Assembly (NCBI RefSeq): GCF_000016745.1
Contig: NC_009483.1
Location: forward strand, 3,630,001 to 3,662,000
Direction of reading: 5' to 3'
Source of the DNA: Geotalea uraniireducens Rf4
GTDB taxonomy: Bacteria; Desulfobacterota; Desulfuromonadia; Geobacterales; Geobacteraceae
DNA length: 32,000 nt
Part shown: one piece after another, positions 1-9,500 of the stretch
Layout: every line of letters starts with the position of its first letter
Numbering within the stretch: position 1 is the stretch's first letter
The notes under the pieces: generated by a model
The model's input: only the letters and a program-made list of their open reading frames with translations
Told to the model about the DNA's origin: nothing
Database searches by the model: none
Position numbers and translations under genes: made by a program

Positions 1-575
1 GACGCCTTGCTCCTTCCACTGCATGCCCACGGAGGCCTGGGAGACCCCTATTTCCTTCCAGCGGACGACCTGCCGTTTCCCCTCCTCGTAGCGGACCCGA
101 TCGTCGGCAGGACACCGGCTGTTGTATTTCAGCTTTTCTACTGTTTTGTCTGCATCTTCCGTCGAATCCACTGCGATCAGTTGGCCGGTCAGCTTGGGAT
201 TCTCCTGGTGCGCTGTTTTTAGTACTCCATTGAGCGCGGCCAGAAGATTTCCCTCCCCATTATTGGGAATTACCATCTGAACCAGAACTTTGCCTTTAGG
301 TTTCTCATTCAGCAGGCTCTGGATTTGTTCGAATACCTGCTGTGCATAGACCGGGAAGCGCTTTTCCATCTCCCGCTCTTCAGAGCTGATGATGAGGCTA
401 CGAACTCCGTCCATTTGAACTTCAACTCCTTCTTTCAGGACATTGCTCATCTGGCAAAGGATGACCAGATGCCCGGCATACTCCGGCGCTCTGCCTTCCT
501 TAACATCGGCCGGTGCCTCCCAGACCGGCTTAAGCACCAAGGTTTCTTGATCCGCCGCTGCGCCGACCGTGCCCT
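1..575 (-). other. Gene D KR3, N-terminal structural part only (cut by the window edge)
   Basis: Collinear with the pre-Rossmann regions of KR1 and KR2: ...VLVQMVIPNNGEGNLLAALNGVLKTAHQENPKLTGQLI...VRYEEGKRQVVRWKE. Confidence 0.6.
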
Positions 576-3500
576 GCCCGCCTTCGAGTACCCGGAAAGA
601 GAGTCCCCTCATACGGACGCAAACGCTCCCGTTCTCATCGCATAGATCGACATCAACGTTGTTAGCCCTGCCCGCGGCTTCGCCGCTGTTGCCGGACCGG
701 ATCACTGCCCACATCAAAGAGGTGCAGCGCTGGAGAATTTCAAGCTGGTGCAGAGTAGACGGAACCATCGGTTTTGGCGCCGCCATGCTGGCAGGCTCTC
801 CAACGATCAGGAGTGAGGCCTGCATTGCGGAATCGAGCATGCTGGGATGCAGAAGGTAATGATCCTCTGTTTCTGAAATCGAGGAAGGCAGCGAGAGTTT
901 TGCAAGCACAGTAGTGGATCCTGCGTAGGCCCTCTCGATGCCTCGATGTCTCGCGCCGTACTCGCTTCCCATCGTTTTAAACGCATCGTAACACTGGGCA
1001 GAACTCAACTCCCGGTCGCACTCTGATTGCACGTCCAGGAGATTTATAACCGGAATATCCGCAACCGGACCGAACAGGGCACTGCCCTGGCTGTTGATAA
1101 TGGTCTCAGCGCTATGCTCTGTCGATTCGCTGTAAATCTCATAGCCAATCTCGCCGTTATCTTTGGGGAAAAGGCCGACATGCACCTGAACCGGTTGGCC
1201 GGTTACGGTAATCGGCCTTGCCCACACGATGTTTTTAAGGGAGATACCCTTCTGAGACGGGTTCCATGACCCCGCGGCCCGGTCCACTGCTGCCCGGGCC
1301 ATCTCCAAATAAGCCGCCACGGGAAGAATTTTCTCGCCGCTCACTGCGTGGTCCGCCAGGAAAAATTCCTCCCCGGTAAAGATCGAGCTGAACCTTTGCT
1401 CGGTCAGGTCCGAGGTGTTCTGGTGCAGCAGAGGGTGAATCGAATGTGCAACCGGCAGTAGCGCCGATGCGCCGGCGGTCTGGGCGATCTCCGGCACCCA
1501 ATACCGGTCTCCGGCAAAGGGATAGGTGGGAAGGCTGATCCTGTGAGGCTTGGCTGCACCGTACAACCTGTTCCAGTCAAAATTGAGTCCCTTGACCCAA
1601 AGATCCAGAAGGCGCGCGTACTTTCCTTTGCTGACCCAGGCGTCGATTGTTTTTGCCATGTCCTCATCGACGGCGTAAAGCCATGCACTGTCGTTATCCC
1701 TGTCCCGTTTAACATGCCCCTTATGAAGATGTTCAAGGTCACTCTTGCCATCCAGATACCCACTCAGTTTCTCTTCCAGGTCCTTGATGGACGCGACAAC
1801 CATTGCCAATCGTGCGTCCATGGCTTCACGGCCAACCTGCAGCGTGTACGCCGCATCTGCCAGATCGGCATCGCTGAATTGCCGTTCCTGGATCGCCCCC
1901 AGCAATCGCCGCGCCTGCTCCTCAAGCCGCTTTTCATTCTTCGCCGACAATACGACGATCGCCGGATGCTGTGCGCTGACCCGGACCGGGATCCGCTCCC
2001 CTCCCTCAGGGATGTATTCTTCGATTACCACGTGAGCGTTGGAGCCCCCGGCCCCAAAGGATGAAATACCGGCGATCCGCGGATATTCCCTGGTCTGGCC
2101 GTTAATCTCGACGACCGGACGCTTCCATTCGGCAAGTTGCTGTTGAACCACGAAAGGCGTGGTACTGAAATCTATGTTCGGGTTCAGCACTTCGGAATGT
2201 AGCGACGGAGCTAACTGGCGGTGCTTGAGCTGAAGCAGCACCTTCGTCACCCCAGCGATGCCCGCCGCGCTCTCGCAGTGCCCGATGTTGGACTTTGCCG
2301 AGCCGATGGAGCAGAACTGTTTTTCCTTGGTGTGTTCCTGGAAGGTCTTGGCCAAGCCCGCGATCTCTATCGGGTCTCCCAATGAGGTCCCCGTGCCGTG
2401 GGCTTCTATGTAGCTGATGGTCCGGGGATGTACCCCGGATTGCTGCAACGCCCGCCCGATGACGCTTGCTTGCGCATTCGGGTTAGGGACCGTGTAACCG
2501 TTGGTCTTTCCGCCGTGATTAATCGTGGACGCCTTGATGACCCCGTAAATCTGATCTCCGTCGGCAACGGCTTTCGCCAGAGGTTTGAGCAGCACCGCTC
2601 CCACGCCTTCTCCTGGGACATAACCATCTCCGCCCTCGCCAAAACTCTCGCACCGCCCTTTGCTCGATACAAACTTGCCTTGGCCGAGAAACATGTACTT
2701 ATTGGGATGGACCGAGACGTTCACCCCACCGGCGATCGCCACCTCGCAGCCGCCCCGTTGCAGGCTTTGACAAGCCAGATGGATGGCGGTCAGCGATGAA
2801 GAACACATGGTGTCCACTGCCATGCTGGGTCCATGGAAATTACAAAAATACGAGACGCGGTTGGCTATCGACGAGGGATTCCCAGCAAGGGCGAGCGGCC
2901 TGCCCTTTGCCGTTTCCTGGGCTCCATAGAGTTGGTACTCCTCGTACATTACGCCTACGTAGACGCCCACATTGCCTTCGAGGCCACCACCCTGATGCAA
3001 CCCGAGCGCTTCACGCGTATATCCTGCATTCTCCAGAGTTTCATACACGCACTGTAAGAAGAGTCGCTCCTGCGGATCCATAATCTCGGCTTCGCGCGGC
3101 GAGATATTGAAGAACAGCGTGTCAAAGAGATCCACTCCATCCAGGAAGCCACCCCATTTGCTGTTGGTCTTTCCCTGTTTGTTCTTATCGGCGTCGAAGT
3201 ACAGACTATGGTCCCAACGATCTTTGGGAATCTCGGTGATGCAATCTTTGCCGTCCCGAAGATTCTTCCAGAACTCCCCGAGGTTTCCTGCTCCCGGATA
3301 GCGCCCTGAAACACCGATGATGGCGATATCTGACACCTCGTTGGCCTTTTCCTCCCGCGCTGCAGCGCGAGACGCGAACCGCGAAGGTCTGCGGTTGCTG
3401 GCGACCGGCTGCGCGGGTTTTGGCGCGGCGACGGAATTTTGGGAAGTATCGGCAGCAGCTGTGGGTGTCTGCTCGATCTCCAGTAATCCCATCAACTGGT

Positions 3501-6500
3501 CTCGGTGTGATTCAAGAAAGTACCCGGACAGTGCCTGAATGGTCTGGTATTCGAAGAAGAGGGTTTTGGGCAGTGAACCGAACACTTTCTCCAATTCATT
3601 GGTCAATTGCAGCACCATGATCGAGTCGATGCCGTATCTTTCCATCGGGGCATCCACATCGACCCGGTGTGCAGGCAGTTTGATACCCGCTGCAACAAGC
3701 TTCTTGAAATAATCCGAGGCTTTGTCCCGAAGCGAATCCTGGGTGACCTCCGGGGCTACCCCGTTTTCAACTACCGGAGAGACGTCCTTGCGAAGCTCCG
3801 CGCGCGACGGCTGTGCAATGATCCCTGCTGTGACGCGTTGCGGGTCGCCGTCTATTACCATTATCTGGTTCTTGCCGCAGGCCAATGCCTGATACAAGGC
3901 AGCAATCCCGGTTGCTGTCGGCAGGGGGATCATTCCCCTGGTCTGCAGCATCATCTGGCGGGTTTCTGCATCAACCTGCATCCCCCCCTCTTGCCAGAGC
4001 GGCCAATTGATTGAGAAGGTTCTCCCCCGGCGTTCGTTTCTGGCCACCAGGTCGTTGCGATATGCCGCGTAGGCGTCCATGAAGGCGTTCGCCGCGGCGT
4101 AGTCGGCCTGACCGAGGTTGCCAGCCGCTGCTGCGGCCGAGGAAAAGAGAAGCACTAGGTCAAGCTCCAGGTGCTGGCTAGCCTGATCCAGATGAACCAG
4201 TCCCCCGACCTTGGGGCCGAGGACCTCCAGGAACTCTTCATTTGTCTTTTTGATGATAAAGCTGTCTCGTGTCACGCCGGCAGCATGGATGATGCCGTTG
4301 ATGCTTCCGAACTCCTCTACGAGAGCCTGAATGAGACCTGCTACGGCGTCTTTCTGGCTGACGTCGACCTGCTGGTACTCGACCCGTGCACCCGATGCTT
4401 CCAACTCCCTCAATTGGGCGCGCTTCACCTCACTCAAAGGCGATCTTCCCGTGAGGATGAGCGTTGCGCCGGTAACCCTATTGGCTATCTCCTTGGCGAA
4501 TATCAGTCCCAGGTTGCCGGCTCCACCCGTAATCAGATAAACACCACGGTCTCTCCACGGGATGCTGGCTTGTTCCTGAAACGAGGCCACTTCGCGCCAG
4601 CCGCAAACGAACCGCTTGCCGCCTTGATACCGAATCTGCTGATCCAGCGCGCTTCGGCTGTTCCCTTTCAGTTTCTCTACGATTGATTCTGAAGTCTCCC
4701 GTGTTTCCACCTCGATCAACTGCCAGCCGAAATTGGGATTCTCAAGCCGGGCCGTCTTTAAAAGACCCGACAGCCCGCCGAAGAGTTGCCCATCTCCCTG
4801 GCCGGAGAACACGACTTGAACGAGTAGCTTCCCTTTAGACTTGCTTCTGAGAACGCTTTGGATTTCCTGAAACGCCTGGAGCGCATAGTCGCCGAACCGC
4901 TCCCCTATGCCTTTTTGCTCCGAGTGGAAGGAAATGCAGCGCGCCCCGCTCATCAGCCTGGTGACCTCTTCGTGGGTTAGGTCATCCTGCCCGCACAACA
5001 GCACAAGATGTTCCGCCTGATCGGCTGCGGTAGCTTCTTCGGCAACGCTCTGCTCATTCCAGACCGGCTCAAGCATCACGGTGCCGATGGCTGTTGAAGC
5101 TCCGGGTCGGACCTCTCCGTCCAGGCCTTTCAATGACAATCCTCGCATCGTGACCCGCACTTTGCCGTGCTCGTCGCTCACATCGATATCGAGTTGTTGC
5201 ACCGAGTCGCCTGGCTTGCTCCCCTTGCCGTAGCGAATCAAGGTCCACATGGAGGGCGTGCAGGTACCGAGGACGTCAAGCTCCTGCAGGGCAAAAGGCA
5301 CAACGGGTTTGAGCGCGCCGCCCTGGTCCTGCCCTCGTATCAACCCGATCGACGCCTGCAATGCCGAATCCATCAAACTGGGGTGCAGGACATACTGCCC
5401 GTCCGTTTGGGAAACCGAATCCGGCAGGGACAGTTTGGCCAATACCTGCCCCACACCGACATATGCTTCCACGATCCCCCGATGTCCCGGGCCGTATTCG
5501 AAGCCCATCTGTAGGAAGGCCTCGTAGCACTGGCTGGAGCTTAGGCTCTCTTGGGTGCACTCTGCCTGCAAGGCCTCGATATCCAGGGTCGACGTCTCGC
5601 GAGTCGACAGGAACTCCGCTGCCCCTTGGCCGTGCACCAACGGCTCAGCGCCATTTGCTTGGGAGTCGCTATATATCTCGTAGGTGATCTCCCCGGTGTC
5701 GTTGGGGACCAGGCCGATGTGTACACGTACCGGCTGAGCGTCGACTGCAATGGGGCGAGCCCAGACCACGTTCTTCAGGCGTATCCCCGCCTTAGGTTCT
5801 TCCGCTCCTGCGGCTTGCTCCAGTGCCGCTCGTGCCATCTCCAGATATGCCACCCCGGGGAGAACCTTCCGGCCCCGCACCACATGGTCAGTGAGGAAAA
5901 ATTCCTCGCCGGTAAAGGTGGAACTAAAGCGCTGCTCGGAGAAGTCCGAGGCATTCTGATGCAGCAGCGGATGTATTCTCTGCTCCTGGTACTCTGGCTT
6001 TTGTTCTCTGGTTTCCGGTACCCAATAGCGCTCCTTGGTGAAGGGATAGGTGGGCAGACTGACGCGACGGGGCTTCGGGTCGCGATACAGCTTGTTCCAG
6101 TCGAACTGCTGGCCCCTCACCCACAACCCGAGAAGCCTGGAGTATTTTCCCCGTTCCATCCACTTCTCGATGGCTTCCTGTAACTCTTCATCCATCGAAA
6201 AAACTGACAAGGCCTCTTTATTGGGCTTGACTTGGCCTCGGTAGAGCTTCTCTATGCCTTCCCGACCCTCACAATACTTGGTCAGGGCTTCTGAAAGCTC
6301 CTGGACCGATTGCGGTATCAGCGCCAGGCGTTCCTCCATGGCGTCTCTGCCGACCTGGAGGGTGTAGGCGATATTGACGAGATCGGCGTCGGAAAACTGC
6401 CGTTCCCGGATCGCGGCCACCAGCAGCTGCGCCTGTTCCTTGAGCCGTTCTTCATTCTTCGCGGACAGCACAATGATGGCGGGATTCGGGGGGGCGATCG

Positions 6501-9500
6501 CAACATGAGGCTGATCCTTGGGAACGTACTCCTCGATTACCACGTGCGCATTCGCGCCGCCGAAACCGAACGAGCTTACGCCGGCCCGGCGCGGCAGCTC
6601 GTTGCCGTTTCCGTCGCGCAACGCCTTCCATTCCCGGTTTTCCTGGACGATGTAAAAGGGACTGTTCTCCAGCTGGATGTAGGGATTGACGACATCGCAG
6701 TGAAGGCTTTTGGCGAGGGTTTTGTATTTGAGCTGCTGAATGACTTTGATGACGCCAGCGATTCCGGCAGCGAGTTCCAGATGGCCGATATTTGTCTTGA
6801 CCGAACCCAATCCGCAATGAGCGCTGGTGACTTCCGGTTCTCCCGTCGCCCGATACAGCTCTTTAAAGGCAGCCTTGAGACCGTTGATCTCTATCGGATC
6901 GCCCAGCTCGGTGCCCGTTCCATGGGCCTCTATGTAGCCGACCGTCCTCGGATCGATTCCTGCCGTGGTATACGCTGACGTCAGCAAGTCGGCCTGGGCT
7001 ACGGGGTTGGGCGCGGTGAGCGAATTGGCGCGGCCTCCGTGGTTCTCGGCAGTTCCCCGTATTACGGCGTGGACATGGTCGTTGTCGCGCTCCGCGTCCT
7101 TGAGCTTTTTGAGGAAGAGCACGCCGACCCCCTCGCCCCGGGCATACCCGTTGGCCCGGTTCGAAAAGGTTTTGCAGCGGCCGTCTTCGCAGAGCATTCC
7201 GGCCTTGCTGAAGCTTAAGTGAAGCTCAGGAGAGACGATGGTATTAACTCCGCCGGCGATGGCCATCTCACAGGTACCGTCTTGCAGTACGGCGACTGCG
7301 CGATGGATTGCGACGAGGGAACTGGAACAGGCGGTTTCAATGGGTTCGCTCGGGCCGTGGATATTGAGAAAATAACTCATTCGGTTCGGCCCAACGGAAG
7401 CAGCCACCCCGGTGGCGGAATATGCTTCAATGGCTACCTTGGCCCGAGAAAGCAGCTCGCTGTAGCCGCTGGTCGCGGTTCCGGCGAAGATGGCTGTATT
7501 GGTTCCGGAAAGGCTTTGAGCCGAGTAGCCAGCGTCTTCTATTGCCTTCCAGACATGGGTCATCAGCAATCGCTGGTTGGGATCCATGATCTCGGCTTCC
7601 CGGGGAGAAATCCCGAAAAACAAAGGATCGAACTCGTCAACGCCGTCGATAAAGCCGCCACATTTGGCGTTAGTTTTGTTCGCTTCTTTCGCGGGATCGC
7701 CGTAGTAGCGCCGCCAATCCCACCGGCTGTTCGGGATCTCCGTGATGCAATCCCTGCCGTCCATCAGGTTTTTCCAGAACTCATCCACATCCGATGCGAA
7801 CGGGAACCTGCCACTCAATCCCACAATTGCCACGGGCTCAAACGAAGACGCAGACGGTTTCGCTACGGCTGGCGCAGCCGTCACCGCAAACCGTGGGTGC
7901 CGTCGTGTGCCAGGGGTGGTTTCTTCAGCCCGGTCCTCCTCGGCGCGCGCGGCAGCCTTAGTCTGTACCTTTGTCTGAACATTTGTCTGTGCTCCTAATG
8001 ATGAGCTAAAGGCTGAACTGTGTGCTTCCACTAGATATTTGGCAAAGCGGCTGAGGGTCGGGTATTCGAAGAAAACCGTCGGAGCCAGCTCGAGCTTGTA
8101 TTCCCGGTTGAGCGTGTTGGCAAACTGAGTCAAGCTGACCGAATCAAAGCCGTAATCATTGAGTTCGACATCGGCATCGATATCTGCGAGCTTTACTCTC
8201 AGTAATTCGGAAACTGCCTGCATCAAAATGGACAGCACTTTTTCCTGCAGGCTGCTGGAATCGATCTCAGACAAAGTACCTGATGCTACGGGAACGGTTT
8301 TCGGCTGGGCACCTGCGGGAGTCATCAAGGAGTCGAGTTTTTGTCTGATGCGGCCAAGCCTGCCTTCCATAACCAGGACTTGTCCTTTTTCGCTGGCCAG
8401 GCCCTGATATAAGGCGCGAATGCCGGTTGATGTCTGCAGGGGGATCATCCCCCAGGACTGCAGCATCATCTTCTCGGCATCAGGATTTACCTGCATCCCT
8501 CCTTCTTTCCATAAAGGCCAATTTAACGACAGCGCCTTTCCTCGTCGTTGTCCTACCTCTGCCAATTCATTACGATATTGCGCATACGCATCCATAAATC
8601 CATTCGCAGCAGCGTAATCCGACTGGCCGGCATTTCCCAACACCCCCGCCAAGGATGAAAACAACAATAGAACGTCCAACTCCATCCCGCTAATTGCCTC
8701 TTCAATCGCCATTAATCCTTTTATTTTTGGACGTAATACTTGCTCAACGTCCTTTCTATTCTTTTTTACTATATAGCTATCCCTTATCACTCCTGCACTA
8801 TGGATGATGCCATGTACCCTTCCATACTTTCCTACTACCTCCTTAATAAGGCTCTCAATTTGGTCATTATCCGTGACATCTGCCTGGTAGTACTTAACTA
8901 TCGATCCATTAGCTTTCAAGCCTTGTATTATGGACTCTTTATCGGGAGTCAGTTCGGACCTTCCTGCTAATATTATTGTGCATTCCTTCAAGTTCTCAAC
9001 AATGTCCCTGGCAAATATTAGACCTAATCCGCCAACGCCACCGCTTATCAGGTACACCCCTTTTTCTTTCCACGGCAATCTGGGTATTTCTCTGGCGCTT
9101 GCCAGCTCTCTCATTTCGGCTATCGACCTGTTGCCAGCTTTATACTTTATAGATTTCCCCGCTTCGCTCCGCGCGTTATCTTTCAGTATCTTTGTTACTC
9201 TCTCAGCATCTTCAATGTCTTCGAGCTCTATCATTTGCCAATCGATATCGGGATGCTCCTGCCGTGCTGTTTTGAACAGTGCGGCATGCCCGGCGAACAG
9301 TCGTCCCTCTCCCGTAGCGAATACTACGGCCTGAATCAGGACTCTTCCGGGCTTTCTTTTTACTATGCCTTGAATCTCTTCGAGTATCCCGACCGTGTAA
9401 TTTTCATATCTTTCATCGATCGGCACTCCATCTTTTCCGGGCCGCAACGTAATGACCCGCGATCCTTCCAGGCTTGCTACTATCTCCTTTTCCGTTGCCG

